A stretch of DNA of 63,908 bases, filler included, from Rozella allomycis CSF55 (taxonomy: Eukaryota): assembly GCA_000442015.1 (NCBI GenBank). It is 5 parts of 5 records of this genome, joined end to end, with 100 filler letters (N's around TTAATTAATTAA, not from the genome) between each part and the next. Parts side by side here need not be neighbours in the genome. Positions count along the whole stretch, not along the records: positions 27,339 to 59,020 come from KE561194.1; 4 more parts are not named here. One strand, 5' to 3'. This document shows, one piece after another, positions 39,061-51,994 of the stretch. The notes beneath the pieces are model-generated. The model made no database searches, had not been told where the DNA came from, and worked only from the letters and a program-made list of their open reading frames with translations. How positions within the stretch are numbered: the stretch's first letter is position 1; each line of letters opens with the position of its first letter. The translations under genes were made by a program, and so were the position numbers.

Positions 39061-39161
39061 TCAATAAAATAAATAAATTTGCAGATTTTCATTTTATACG
39101 ATGCTACTTTTTTTGTTGTTTATCTGAGATTTGGTGGCGCAATAATTAAGTGGCACAGCAG

Positions 39162-40094
39162 ATGCAAATATTTTCACTAGCTCTTCTTTTCTGTATCTCC
39201 AGCATATTCGCATTTGAAAATGTTTCGCGCTCTGTTAAAAATATACGATGCGCTTATCCCAAATTTTATCAGACACCGGAGTGTGTAGATTACATTCAAA
39301 CAACAAAGTCCATGGTGATGCTATACAAAACTATTCCATTTGCTCTAGTTCAATATACAGAAGTAGAACTAGAAATAGCTTTTAGAGGAAGCTCGACTGT
39401 AGATGACTGGGTTGTAAACCTCAGTTTGCTGTCTGCTGAACTCGAGCCCGCCATCATGCAAGGAAACATTACGGTTCACAGTGGGTTCTATAAAAAGTCA
39501 CTTAAACTACTGCCTTCTGTTAAAACTGCTATTAATACATTTAGGTCTATGTATCAGATTGATAGATATGTGTTTTCAGGTCATTCACAAGGAGGTGCTT
39601 TGGCTGTGATCACATCGCTGTTGGTGAAAGACTGGTTCCTGGAGCTTAACGAACACTTTAATTTTGTTGTATATACTTTTGGTTCTCCTAAATTGTTTTT
39701 TGGTGATATTTCGCAGGAAGTTCATGATAAAATCTACAGGTTCATAACCCCCAGTGACCCAGTGCCGGAGCTCCCGCCTCTTATGAACCATGGTGGCAAA
39801 GAAATAGTGCTGTCAAAATCAAAAACTACTTCAAGAGTCCTTAAAACTCTAAAGAAATTTGTGATCTCCATATCAATGGGCGTAGCGTTGAACACCGTTA
39901 CTTCATACATTAATTTTCCACCAAAGGAAAATGATAAAGATGAGAAAAAAGAACAAAGCTTGTCTAAGGTATTTAATGGAATTGCCACTGGTGTCGGTAT
40001 TGTCGCTCTTGCAAAAATGTTGATCCAAGATCATTTAACGCCGGCATATGAAAAAGCAGTCAAAAAGTTTGTTGACAGGTTAAAAATATATTAA
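39162..40094 (+). CDS. Secreted class-3 lipase, copy 3 (intronless)
   Basis: Signal peptide; AFRGS, VHSGF, GHSQGG, YTFGSP and DPVPELPP. Confidence 0.9.
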   Translation: MQIFSLALLFCISSIFAFENVSRSVKNIRCAYPKFYQTPECVDYIQTTKSMVMLYKTIPFALVQYTEVELEIAFRGSSTVDDWVVNLSLLSAELEPAIMQGNITVHSGFYKKSLKLLPSVKTAINTFRSMYQIDRYVFSGHSQGGALAVITSLLVKDWFLELNEHFNFVVYTFGSPKLFFGDISQEVHDKIYRFITPSDPVPELPPLMNHGGKEIVLSKSKTTSRVLKTLKKFVISISMGVALNTVTSYINFPPKENDKDEKKEQSLSKVFNGIATGVGIVALAKMLIQDHLTPAYEKAVKKFVDRLKIY

Positions 40095-40150
40095 TAAATA
40101 AAATTACATTGTTATATTATGACGTCATAAATTTTTAAACGAAAAAAAAT

Positions 40151-40232
40151 CGACAGCAACAGGATTTGAACCTGTGCGGGAAAATCCCACTTGATTTCGA
40201 GTCAAGCACCTTAACCACTCGGTCATGCTGTC
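40151..40232 (-). tRNA. tRNA-Ser(CGA)
   Basis: GACAGCA...TGCTGTC-G; anticodon arm CTTGA-CT-CGA-AA-TCAAG; long variable arm; GGTTCAAATCC. Confidence 0.95.
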
Positions 40233-40553
40233 TACGTCAAAAGGGACTTCAGAAAACATTATATAATGAAATAAAGGATAGATATTTATTCAAAAAAACT
40301 GTCTCTATATACACATCTTGTTCCACTAAAATGCGAATAACTCAAATCTCCGCCTCATGATTCTAGTCCAAAATGACCTTCTTTGGGATTTCAAACACAA
40401 CAATTGATTAAATATAACTCATTTGCTTTGTTCAAGTTCTCATTAGTAGATGTGGCCTGTTCTCACTCTTAATAAATTTGTAATAATAAACTGATAAACA
40501 ACCCTTCAGGTTTCCAATGTTCCATTATATAACTTGATGTGCTTGTTTATTTC

Positions 40554-41220
40554 TTAACGAGATCTAGATCTCTCTCTTCTTGGGGAAACAGACATACGGC
40601 GACGAGGTGGAGAACGTGAGTATCTTCTTGGAGAGCGACGGCGATTGTATTCTCTGTCATCATCACGACGTCTATCGTTATAACGACGAGGAGGAGAACG
40701 GCTGTAGCGTCTTCTGCGTGGTGGAGAACGGTCTCTGTAGCTAACACGTCCACGGTATTCACCAGGTGTTGGAGTATGTGGTTTCTTTGTAGCAGAAAAA
40801 TCAACACGGATTTCTCTTCCATCCATAAGCTATTTTAATAAATTCAAAAAATGTTACGGTTCCACTGGCTTTCTTGACGGCTTCTTCGGCTTCAGAAATG
40901 GTCGAGTAGTTGATGAACCCGAATCCACGAGAACGGCGGTCCTTGTCGTGCACAAGAGTGATTTGTTCAATTTTTCCAAACTGATTGAAAACTTCTTCTA
41001 AATCACGTTCAGTTGTTCTCAAAGACAAACCGAAAACACCAATGACCTTGCAAGGTGGAACTGGTTCACGATTAAAACGACGAACAGGAGCTGGACTGCG
41101 TCTTTCACGGCTGTAACGTCTGCGTGGAGCTGGAGAACGCTCTGGTGAGCGAGAATAGCGACGGCGTGGTGGTGAACGGTCGCGACTATATCTGCGTGGA
41201 GCACGTGGTGGATAACCCAT
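40554..41220 (-). CDS. TRA2: Transformer-2-like RS-RRM-RS splicing factor; one 28-nt intron
   Basis: [22 protein letters not shown] and [25 protein letters not shown] (Tra2 signature), flanked by RS repeats. Confidence 0.9.
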
Positions 41221-41650
41221 ACTGAAAGAAGTCTATTGACAAGGGGCTGTTTCTGATAATTGGTGTTACAGATCGATCGTTAAGAATAGAAACAGCTTCT
41301 ATGAATAGCAAGAATAGCAACAGGGATCTAAGAATAAGTTGAATAACAAGCGTGAATGAAGCAAACCAATCAGAGGAATCTCCTTAATTAAATAAATAAT
41401 TTGGGGGTGTCTGTTGACCCAGGCCCACACAGACAGAAACCATAATCGAATAAACTCTTTAATAAAATGCGATTTGTCGACAAATATAGCGTTTTTCTTA
41501 CGGTATTCTNAGTCACGACGGTCCTTTGGAGCAGGTGGTGGTGAACGGTCAAGGTCCATACTGAAAAAAGTCTATTGACAAGGGCCTGTTTCTGGTAAAA
41601 TCCTTATTGGAAGAGTACCCAAACAGAGTGAAAAATAATTAAATATAAGA

Positions 41651-42829
41651 ATGAATTTTTACTCTTCCGCGTTCCAACCATCAAAGACATCTCCTTGGTA
41701 CAAAGCTTTGGCTTTGGCTACTGGGTGGTCAAAACATGAGACAGCAGAAGGAAAAACATTTTATTTTAATCCAATCACCGGTGTTTCTACTTTTGTGAAG
41801 CCAACAGATGACCAGGAAAAACCTTTCGCAATTAAAGCTATTGGAAACTCACCGTGGAGGATTGTTTACACAGATAAACAACATTATTATTTCTACAACA
41901 AGGAAACACGATGGTGTGGGTGGTTTCCTCCTCAAGATGTCCTGGAACAATTTATTTGGCCCATGGATGATGACGAAAGAATGGATCTTTTGGACCCGTC
42001 CACCGCTTTGGTTTCTGAAGCTGAAGAAGAAAGCATTAAAGATGAAAAGGAAGAAGAAGAAGCTTTAGAACATGATGAGGATAAGGATGAGGAAGAAGAA
42101 ACACCCGATACCAAAAAGATCAGATTGGACGATATTGAACAAGTTATAGCAACAAAAGAGCTAACGACTCAAGAAAAAACACAAAAATTTATTGAATTAC
42201 TGAAAGAAAATAATGTATCACCTTATGACTCTTGGGCTTTGGTAGTTCCAAAAATTAAGGATGACGAGAGATTTCAACTTTTAACTTCCGAAAAAGAAAA
42301 AACCAAAGCTTTTGCAGCCTATGGCAAAGATATGATCCAGGCTATTCAAGAAGAGCAACGTATGAAAAAGGAAGCTCTTTGCAAAGAATTTGAATTGTAT
42401 GTGATGGAAAATGTTTCTGAAAAATCATATTTTGACGATTTCAAAAGAAATATTAAACGGTTGAGCAAGTTTAAGTCGTTGGATTCGTATTTTGTCGAGA
42501 AAACATTCAAAGACAGGGTTAAATTTTTGAAAAAATCAAAAAGTGAGACAAGCACGAATGTTACTGTTCAAAAGAAGGATGAATTTTGGCAACTGCTGCT
42601 TGATACTTTAGAGATTCACATGAAAAGCAGATGGAGGGATGTTAAACCTTTGATCCAGAATGATGAAAGATTTAATTCCGTTTCAAGCATGTCAGAAAAG
42701 GAAGATATATTTTATGATTATCTAGAGTTTTTAAAATCGGAAAGTGAACAAGATAGAAAGTCTCGATTGGAGCGGCAAGCAATGAACAAATCAAGTATTG
42801 AGTCAGTAGCTAATAAACTAAAGAAGTGA
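41651..42829 (+). CDS. WW/FF-domain protein (TCERG1/Urn1-like)
   Basis: Two WW domains (WSKHETAEGKTFYFN; WRIVYT..YYFYNKET..W.PP) and FF repeats; 3' end may include one more mini-intron. Confidence 0.82.
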   Translation: MNFYSSAFQPSKTSPWYKALALATGWSKHETAEGKTFYFNPITGVSTFVKPTDDQEKPFAIKAIGNSPWRIVYTDKQHYYFYNKETRWCGWFPPQDVLEQFIWPMDDDERMDLLDPSTALVSEAEEESIKDEKEEEEALEHDEDKDEEEETPDTKKIRLDDIEQVIATKELTTQEKTQKFIELLKENNVSPYDSWALVVPKIKDDERFQLLTSEKEKTKAFAAYGKDMIQAIQEEQRMKKEALCKEFELYVMENVSEKSYFDDFKRNIKRLSKFKSLDSYFVEKTFKDRVKFLKKSKSETSTNVTVQKKDEFWQLLLDTLEIHMKSRWRDVKPLIQNDERFNSVSSMSEKEDIFYDYLEFLKSESEQDRKSRLERQAMNKSSIESVANKLKK

Positions 42830-43202
42830 AAGCACAATAAAATAGAATTCCTTTGTATTTCATATTTTAGTTAACTGGGCCTCTGCTAACGAGAAAAATG
42901 GATAACATTACTATTAATATTTATAACTTTATTTATTTTCCTTAGAGGAGTTTCAATTTATCATGGCCAATGGTCATGGTCATGGTGATGATTCAACTGA
43001 TGAAATTATTTCGTTAGCTATCCGCCCATTGCCTCTATTGATTTTGTAATAGATTTCACTTTCAGGTACTCATTGAAGAATGCCTGCCAATAATTAATTA
43101 AACCAGCTATTTCAAAAAAATTAAAGATTGAGGTTTTAACCTGCCTTAATTCTTTTTTACGTATAAGTATATTGCATTTGATTTGTGGCGCTTTTAAATT
43201 CC

Positions 43203-45529
43203 ATGAATCTCGACTTTCCGCCATTTTTACTAGAAAGACTACCTGTCAAGGACCTATTCCATCTGTCACTAACATGCAAAAATCTGTATAAAATAATTCT
43301 GGTGGATATGCTTCCCTTCAAACTGAAACTGGAAAAGATGAATACAAATTCTGACAACCCAAAACTTTATATAGAAATATACCAAGAATTAACCCCTTAT
43401 TACAGAGAAATGCGCAAGAAACGTCTTGACGGAGAGGAATTCAGGAAATTGTCTCCTGTCAATGTCGCGAGGATGCTGGACCGACTGGTTGAATTTGGAA
43501 ATAGTAGACCGTTGCATGGTTATGAAGCTGTAAGTTTTGACAGCTGACGTTATAGATTAATGAGAATATAAAGAGGGCGAAGGAAATGTTTGAGAGTAAT
43601 GCTTTGTTGGCATTTGAGCAAGCGATTGATTCAAAGAATGTGCAAGATATGAAAGTAAATGAAGATTTGATATTTGAATAGAATTATATTGAGGTGTTGA
43701 CGATGCTTGATAATAAGAAGTCTGCAATTCAAATGTACCTGTCAAAGATTCCTGTGTTTTATGACAAGACATATAACGCGGTTCATTTCTTCAAGTAATA
43801 TTGTTTGTTGTGATTAAATTGATCTTCAAAGATTAGCTTTTCAGAGGTTGGGAATTACATTCAGAATTTCATGGGTCACATTTTGACGGTTTGTACAGAT
43901 CAGCTAAAGATCATTGAAATGATATTTAATGAAAAGGGAGAAGTTTCATTTCAATTCGTTTCCAGATTATTTACTGAAGTTGTAAAAAAAAGTTTTGACG
44001 AATAAAATATAGATTGAAGATTTTCTTAAAGAATTCTTTAAACAAGCGTTGTCTAACAATGATGTTCTATATTTGCAAACTATGGTCTATGCGTTTGCAG
44101 TTTGTAAAGATTTGAGTCAAAAATTGTTTGCTATTGATTCTAAACTGCTGGGGAATGCCACAGTTGAACAATTTGTGGGGAAAGAGTTTGCAACATTTCT
44201 GAACTCATATAAAGAGCAAGAAATTAATTATTTAAATGTTCATTACAAGGCTAAATCAGATGCTGTTCTTTCTAGACTGAAAGTTGAAAAGATTCAAAAC
44301 AAAATGTCATCAGAAGCGTTTAGTGTCTATAGAATGAAAATTTTGGTATAAAACGAATTAGTTTTTGATTAGAATATTCTAGAAAAGAATTTAGCTCCAG
44401 TTCAAGATGTGGTGGCTGCGATGGATAAGAAATTGATTCTCGAAGAAGATACAAAATTATTAGACCAGGGTCATCCATCCATTCAATTGTGTTTTGAATT
44501 TATTCGAATAAACCAAATTTCAGTTACTAGAGCGATATCAGTTTTAATGGGAGATGAAAGAGATCGATTTGTGGAGCAGCAGTTTGGCACAATGACTAGA
44601 ATGCTTAGTGAACATTTGAAAGCACTGTTTGCAAAGTAAATTAACCTTATTTGAGTTTAAAGTGAAATTTCCTTGTTGAAAAGTTTAAAATTAGAAAAGA
44701 TTCCAATTCCACGTGAACCATTTAATAGATTTTTCCAGATTGTAAACTTTATGGATCTCGTGCAACAAATTGTTCATTTTTATTTTGAATCAAATATTGT
44801 AAAAATAATACCTTGAAATGAAAGCAAATTAGAATTGACAAGAAAAAGTTGCACAGTGAATCCGCTGCAGAAAAGAAAATGTTTGAAGGAGTTTTAGATG
44901 AAATGGTGGCGACTGGAATGGATCAAATCATGCAAAGTATTTAAAAGTTGTTGTTAATAAAGTTTTAATTGAATTTGTTGAACATACCCTGGTCAATCAA
45001 CATGACGTTAAGGAATATTCAACCAGGGAAATGATTCTAGAACCAACCAAAGTAAGGCTAATATTAAATTAAAATAGGCTGTTTTGGAGAGTATTGAGAT
45101 ATTGAAAGATTGCATGAAACTGTTTAAAGAGAATTTGGATAAGCAATTGTTGGAAGTATTTGGGAATGAACTAGGGACAAGATTATTCAAGTAAATGAAT
45201 AAGAATTATTTGAAAGTATCTTATGTAAACATATAAAGAGAGGAATGGTAAGTGAAGCTGGAGGGTTTAGGCTAATGAACGACATTAATCAATTTCATGA
45301 ATGGGCATCTGAATTAAAATCAATCCAAGTCAAAAAGCAATTTGAAGCATTGAAAGGAATTTCAAATATTTTTATAATCCAACCAGAAGAAATAAAATCA
45401 TATTTAATGGAACAACAACGATACCAGGGTATACTCAAACAAGATGAAGTTTTAGAGTTTGTTAAATTAAGAAACGATTATAAAAAGATATCAAATAAAG
45501 TTGAAGTGGATGGATGTTCCATCTGCTAA
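43203..45529 (+). CDS. RCY1: Recyclin Rcy1-like: F-box plus Sec10-like domain and C-terminal CaaX-like motif; about 10 introns
   Basis: F-box LPVKDLFHLSLTCK; Sec10-type C-terminus SEAGGFRLMNDIN..EFVKLRNDY; terminal CSIC. Confidence 0.75.
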
Positions 45530-45539
45530 TTTTCTTACT

Positions 45540-46731
45540 TTATTGAAGAATTTGAACTCTGAAATGTTTTTGAAGTTTGTTTGCTTTCACTCCCAAATGC
45601 ATCATTTCATTCCTAAATCTTCTGTCCTTGATTTCCAACGCCTTCTTATGAACAACTGAGAGCTCATCGTTTCCTTTCCATCCAAGTGCTCTGTATTGTC
45701 CCATCAACTTATTAATCAAAACAGACTCTCTATTCTCCTCTGCTGGTAATCTCTGCTTGTAATACTTCTTATACATTCTATTTCCTAGCTGTGTTCCAGA
45801 TGGTAATATCATCGTTCCGTCTGAGTCAACAAAAATGCTCTCATGTATTGGTGCATCTTCATCTTCAACTTCCATCGCATCTGGATATGAACTAGAGTAA
45901 TCATAAAATTCTAAAATATTCATATCAGCCTCATCATCCCACAACAATCTACAATGACCCTTGTCAATCATATGCTTCCTTGTGGATTCTAAACTATAAA
46001 AATTTCTTCCCTTTCCATTGCAATATAAACACATATTATGCATCGACACTTTCTCTCCAATGTACTTTATTAATCCTTCCAAATCAATCACATATTCCAA
46101 GTCTGGTACAAAGAAACTATGGCTGACACTCATGTGTTGCAAATTATCTTCCAAATTCTCACTCTTATGGTTGCAAAACAAACACTCTTCTATCTCAAGA
46201 ACGCGTGCTGCTTTCGCCTTTTCTTCAACTATCATTGTTAATTCTTCCTTAATTAATTCCATCTATTTATAATTACTTCAGTTCTAGCATCTTCAAATTT
46301 CTTAATCCAATATCTCTCAGTCAATCTTGGTGTTGTACTAGCCACAGTGCTCTCAACAACCGATCCAGCTTCACTGGCTTCCATCATAGCCGTATGCTTA
46401 ATATTAACTTCCTTGTGTTTTCTAGACTGCATATGGTTCTGATACGCATTATCACTAGAAAACGATTTCTTGCAACACACACAGAAAAATGTTTCCGTCT
46501 TGGTTTTAACGCCGTCCATTTTATTCTGATCTGCTTGCAACGCTAACATAAATTTTGTAACATATTTTTACCAAGTGTTCTGGTTGCAAAGTTTTCGGCA
46601 GAGACAGGAGGTAATCCAGCACATTTTCTTTTCAGGTTGTAGCGATGCCACTCGGTCCGGTGATGAGTTCGCTGTTCTTCTGGTGTTCCGAATACAACCT
46701 GACATGATATACAAGTAAAACTGTTTGTCAT
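45540..46731 (-). CDS. REI1: Rei1/ZNF622 pre-60S maturation factor; 2 introns
   Basis: FTCISCQVVF..QRTHHRTEWHRYNLKRK, CLFC..HMSVSHSFFVPD and C-terminal NKLQKHFRVQIL. Confidence 0.93.
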
Positions 46732-46954
46732 GAAAAATAAAATTTGGGGCTTAGCAGCGACATAGAAGATACAGAAAGAAATATCATTAGCATTATCATT
46801 GATCGTTATATTATGTTCATATCTTTAATTAAATAAATTACNATTATGTTCATACCTTCAATTAAATAAATTACTTCATTTCATTGTTGTTATTTTCATT
46901 TTTAGTTGAAATATTAAATCACACTTCAAACAATGTGATTTTCCGAAATTTCCA

Positions 46955-48194
46955 ATGTCGTTCCTGTTCAAACCAAAACTAAAATCTCCACAAGACCTTG
47001 TCAAATCAACACGGGAAGCGATTATAAAGCTGGAACAGAAATCTTCAGAAAAGGTACCACTATAATCACAAGGCTATAGGCAACCGAGGAAATTTCAAAG
47101 AATCTATTTTCAATGAAATCAATATTCTACGGGGAACCAGGTATACAAACGTCTGCTATTAAATAGACTCGGAACCCTCGCCTGAAAATATGGCCAATCT
47201 CGCCGGCGAGCTCTTGTCGTCGGATCTGCTGGACTTGCTCGTTCAGAATATAGCTAAATTGGAGTTTGAAGTAGGGGCATCTTTGGTTAATTTTTAAGGC
47301 TAGGAAAGATACAGCGCAGATATACACAGCTCTGTTGAGGCGCCAAGTGGGTGTCAGATCGCCGACGTAAGAATTGTTATTCGTAAATTATAGCGTTGAA
47401 TATATTTTGGCTCACGAGAATATTTTATTCTCTTTACTAAAAGGGTAAATTGATTTTAAGGTGTATAAAGGTATGAAAATCAAGAAATCGCTTTAAATTG
47501 TGGATTAATTCTTAGAGAATGTATAAGGCATGAATCTTTGGCAAAATTAATGCTTCTTTCGCCAAGTTTTAATCAATTTTATGAATATGTTGAATTGACT
47601 ACATTCGATATCGCATCTGACGCCTTTGCGACCTTTAAGGACCTGCTAACCAAACACAAAAGTTTAGTCGCTGATTATCTTCAAAACAATTATGATTTGG
47701 TAAGATCTCAAAAAGTTTCACATGAAAGTTTTTTGAAAAATACACAACACTGTTAAATTCAAATAACTACGTTACAAAACGTCAATCTCTTAAAGTAAAG
47801 TCTGCAAATAGTTGATATAGCTTTTGGGCGAATTACTTTTAGATAGGTCAAATTTTGATATAATGACAAAATATATAAGCAGTGTTGAGAACCTAAAGTT
47901 GATGATGAATTTACTGCGCGACAAAAGCAAGAATATTCAGTTTGAGGCTTTTCATGTATTTAAGGTATAAAAAGATCTGATATATCAAAGGTATTTGTTG
48001 CAAACCCTAATAAAACAAAACCAGTTTTGGATGTCCTGTTCAAGAATCAAGAAAAATTGATTACTTTTCTAAGCAATTTTCATAATGAACGTTCTGGTAA
48101 CAACATTACTTTATAATTAAAAGATGACGAACAGTTTAACGATGAGAAAGCATATTTAATTAAGCAGATTCAGCAACTTGAAATAAGCTCTTGA
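46955..48194 (+). CDS. HYM1: Mo25/CAB39/Hym1 scaffold; 9 introns of 26-29 nt
   Basis: [60 protein letters not shown] and [15 protein letters not shown]. Confidence 0.93.
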
Positions 48195-48439
48195 ATAAAA
48201 AGTTAAACGTTAAATCACATGAATTTCTGTTCTATTTTATTCTTGATTGAAAACAATGATTTGACATTAGCAATGAGGGTACAATGAGGAAAGGATGGAT
48301 TAGCAAAGAATTGAATCAAGGGACATCGTGACATCGTCTGATTCTTAAAAAGATGAGAAACTGATTATTTAAATAATAATAAAAGAACACATCAAAAGGC
48401 TCAGGGTCACGTTGTGTAAGAACAGTTTATTTTGATTGA

Positions 48440-48793
48440 TTAACGCCCAAGAACGTCATTACGAGTAGTTTCAGCAATAGCAAGAATGGAATCAATATGT
48501 TCGGAATTGACTTTCAAGTCTTTCATAGCATCTCCAAGAGTGCGAATGACAGTGTCAAAGTGTGCGTCAGTTAATTTCAATTTAGCATGAGCAGCTTTCA
48601 TCGATTTGCCATTGTATGGTTTTCCGCCAAGTACATGGTTGAGAAAGCTCTTTTGCATTCTTCTTTGTTTATTCATATCTGTGTTAGCGAATATAAGTGC
48701 AACCGATTCATTTTGTAGGAGTTTGGAATAAAACAGTTCGACAACAGCGTCAATTGCCTTTTCACCTCCAATTTGTTCGTATAAACTTGCCAT
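48440..48793 (-). CDS. Group I (trHbN-type) 2/2 truncated haemoglobin, copy 1
   Basis: SLYEQIGG..AVV..FY, Q..MQ..FL..VLGG..Y.G.SM..AH..L.LT..HFD pattern. Confidence 0.92.
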   Translation of the reverse strand: MASLYEQIGGEKAIDAVVELFYSKLLQNESVALIFANTDMNKQRRMQKSFLNHVLGGKPYNGKSMKAAHAKLKLTDAHFDTVIRTLGDAMKDLKVNSEHIDSILAIAETTRNDVLGR

Positions 48794-48994
48794 AGTAATT
48801 GTTACCTAGTTACGGCCAGGGTTCAATATATGGCGCCAAAATCAATGGTCTAGACTCAAAGCTCACGTGATGATTGGGAATTGATAAATAAAGAGTTTCG
48901 TATATTACGTCATAATAATATATGCATAACACATAGCAATTGTAGAGAAAACACTGGAATGATTTATTTTAAGCGATGTAAGTTGATTTATTGA

Positions 48995-49348
48995 TTAGCG
49001 TCCCAGAACATCATTACGTGTGGTCTCTGCGACAGCAAGTATAGAATCAATATGTTGTGGACTTACTTTTAATTCCTTCATTGCTTCTCCCAAAGTTCGG
49101 ATGACAGTGTCAAAGTGTGCGTCAGTCAGCTTCAATCTAGCATGCGCAGCTTTCATGGATTTGCCATTGTATGGTTTTCCGCCTAGAACATGATTGAGAA
49201 AACTTTTTTGCATTCTTCTTTGTTTATTCATGTCAGTGTTGGCGAATATGGGGATCATGGTGTCCACTTTTAACAATTTAGTGTAAAAAAGCTCAACTAC
49301 AGCATCAATCGCCTTTTCTCCTCCAATTTCGTCGTAAAGATTGGTCAT
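48995..49348 (-). CDS. Group I 2/2 truncated haemoglobin, copy 2
   Basis: Same motifs; close paralog of 48440-48793. Confidence 0.92.
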   Translation of the reverse strand: MTNLYDEIGGEKAIDAVVELFYTKLLKVDTMIPIFANTDMNKQRRMQKSFLNHVLGGKPYNGKSMKAAHARLKLTDAHFDTVIRTLGEAMKELKVSPQHIDSILAVAETTRNDVLGR

Positions 49349-49435
49349 CAGATTTAAATCAGATAGTATGCAGGGGTCACAATCATGTTCGCGCCAAATT
49401 TATAGGTTTGAAATTTGGAAATTTAAAAATCATGT

Positions 49436-51794
49436 TTATTGGAACGTTACTTTTTCTGGTGGAGTTAATGCATTCAATGATCTTTTCAACTTTTCAGACA
49501 TCAATGTCAATCCCATTTGATATGATGTATTCATCCACCTAAGTAACTCCACGCTTTCTGGTGTACCCGAATCCTTCTCTTGGGACATATTTAAAATCTG
49601 TTCCCACATTTCCATACTCGACATNAATCTGTTCCTACATTTCCATATTCGACATTGCAAACATGAGACATTCTGACAACGTCATATTTTTCAGGGACCA
49701 CGCCATTAAAGTCAACAAATGACTTTGTAATCATGTAAAGCCAACGATAAGCAATTCTTTTTGCATCTGGCTCATGATTGTAATTTATTAATGCCTTCCA
49801 TGCCATGATTTGATGCGGCGCCCATCCTAAAATACAAATATGAAATCTCTTCTACCGAATGGATAATCCCATTGTCTGTTTGGACGAGAAAGACCAACTT
49901 CACCACGGGATTTTTCAGTTCCACATACAAGGCCTCCCTTAAACTCAAACATATCCAATGATGTTTTTCTTATTATAAAGATTCGAAAATATCTTACATG
50001 ACCCTTTCAGCTCTTTCTTGAGTAGTTAATCCAGCCCAAAGAGGCCATAAAGTAGTAACAGATTCGTAAACTTCTTGTTGTTTTGTTTTAATATTGTAAT
50101 CAAAATATATACCCTTTTCTTCATTCCACAGATATTTTTCAAATAATTCTTTTCTCCTCTCAGCCTTTTCAAACCAATCCTTTGACGTCTCAACAGTTCC
50201 ATCAATAGACCATTTAGAATCACAATGATCTTGAATAAAAGTGGCAATATCTACTTCATATTTGTAGAGAAGCGAATTCAAGTCAACAGTGCACAGATTA
50301 GCACATTTTCCATCTAATCGATAAGTGGTATCATGCCCAGATTCTCTAACAGAGCGGTCATGCACAAAGTATGAATCAAGTTCAGGTTCAGATATTGTAC
50401 CATTGTTATACAAATTTGAATATGTGTGAATATCGACACCCAGCTTTTCTGCAAAGGGTGCGAGAATGACATTAAAGTGAGATGGCTCTGTTTCAGGTGG
50501 CATACCAATCCCTTCACTACGATAAAGAGATAACCCAGTTTCTGACATTCGTGGTGATGATGTCCAAACTTTCTTGTACTCTTTAATCGCCGCTTTCATA
50601 GCCTCCTTCAACCACTCAAGATTTTCGGGTGTTTTTGGAAGGTTATTATACACTGATAATGCCATATCAGTCAAAAAGGGGGGTTGAGAACGAGTGAGAT
50701 AGTAACTTCGATTTGCATTTAGTATTTTTCCGTAATGTTCAATTTCATATATGAAGTTTTCAACCATCGATTTTGCCAAATCAGTGTACCCATCGATCAT
50801 TAATCCCAATGCTTCAAAATAACTATCCCAACCATACATTTCATTAAATCTCCCACCAGGAACAACAAATTTGTTCGCTTTAACAATCCTTTCGCCTGTC
50901 TCTTCATTAATAGATTCAGTCAACTTGAGAGTCAATATTCCAGGTTTGTCATTCAATGATTTTACATACTCTGGTGTAATCTCTTTAGGCAACTTGATAA
51001 CCTCCAATTGAAACTCTTTATGTTTAGCTGCAAAATGAATAAAATAATCCAACGCTAAACTGTCATCATAAGGTACATATATTCTGGGATCATGTCTTTT
51101 AAAACTCCTATCTTTGGGATCTAACAGAATCAATTTCAACCCTTGTTCATCAATNTAAAGTAATCCAACGCCAAACTATCATCATGAGGCACATATATTC
51201 TGGGATCATGTCTTTTAAAGCTCCTATCTTTGGGATCTAACAGAATCAATTTCAACCCTTGTTCATCAATACAGCGTGTAAGAGATGGCCAAAATAATTC
51301 TTTAATCATCCTAGAGAGTCTATTGACTGGTGGTTCATATAACTTTGACTCGTCAAACGTCAGATGCTTAATTCCTTTTTCCGATGCCAATGCAAGCTCT
51401 TGCAGCAAACTTGATATAGGATAAGTACCCCTCACTTCATATTTTTTGTGGCCTTTAGATACAGCACTTGCTAATTTCATGACCTTCGGGCCAGAATCCT
51501 CAATGGTAACCTGTAACAATAGTATCAAATCAGTACTTGATTGTTCAGGTCGGTGTCTTCCTGTTGCAATAGCAATGTCTTCATATTTTCTACATCAACC
51601 ATAAATTGTCTTGGATGTGAGCTTTTTTCATCAATGGATGCTCTTCTTCTTAGCATTTTAAAATCCTCTTTAGGAATAGGGTTACCCGATAAAAAGATGT
51701 CGTGATCCTAACAAAAATTGTTTTACGGATTTACATGACTCAATGTTCGATCTCTTCTTGTTGTTCTCTTGCGTCCTGAAGAATCGCCTTCCAT
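49436..51794 (-). CDS. NTH1: Neutral trehalase (GH37 with Ca-binding N-terminal segment); about 5 introns and two n-joint overlaps
   Basis: RRRAS PKA site, [50 protein letters not shown] and EGFGWMN. Confidence 0.95.
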
Positions 51795-51994
51795 TGATTC
51801 AATCTTTCCAAAATTTCAATTTAGGAGAACTAAGCTCTCAATGTGAAGAATACATTCACATTTTCAAATTTAACCTAAATCTTGTCAAATATTGACTAAA
51901 TTGTAGATAATCCGGGAAAAAAGTATGATTTTCGATTGGAAATTTGAGGGATACACAATAAAGCGATAAATGAAGTAATAAATAATGTAGCGTT

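Noticed and set aside
51040-51270. Apparent internal tandem duplications at single n positions (also ~1510, 6896, 17943, 27628, 34676, 49625, 58728, 59853)
   Set aside because: Near-identical sequence on both sides of a lone n is typical of unmerged haplotype or contig overlaps; these explain the apparent frameshifts in NTH1, MTR4 and IPK
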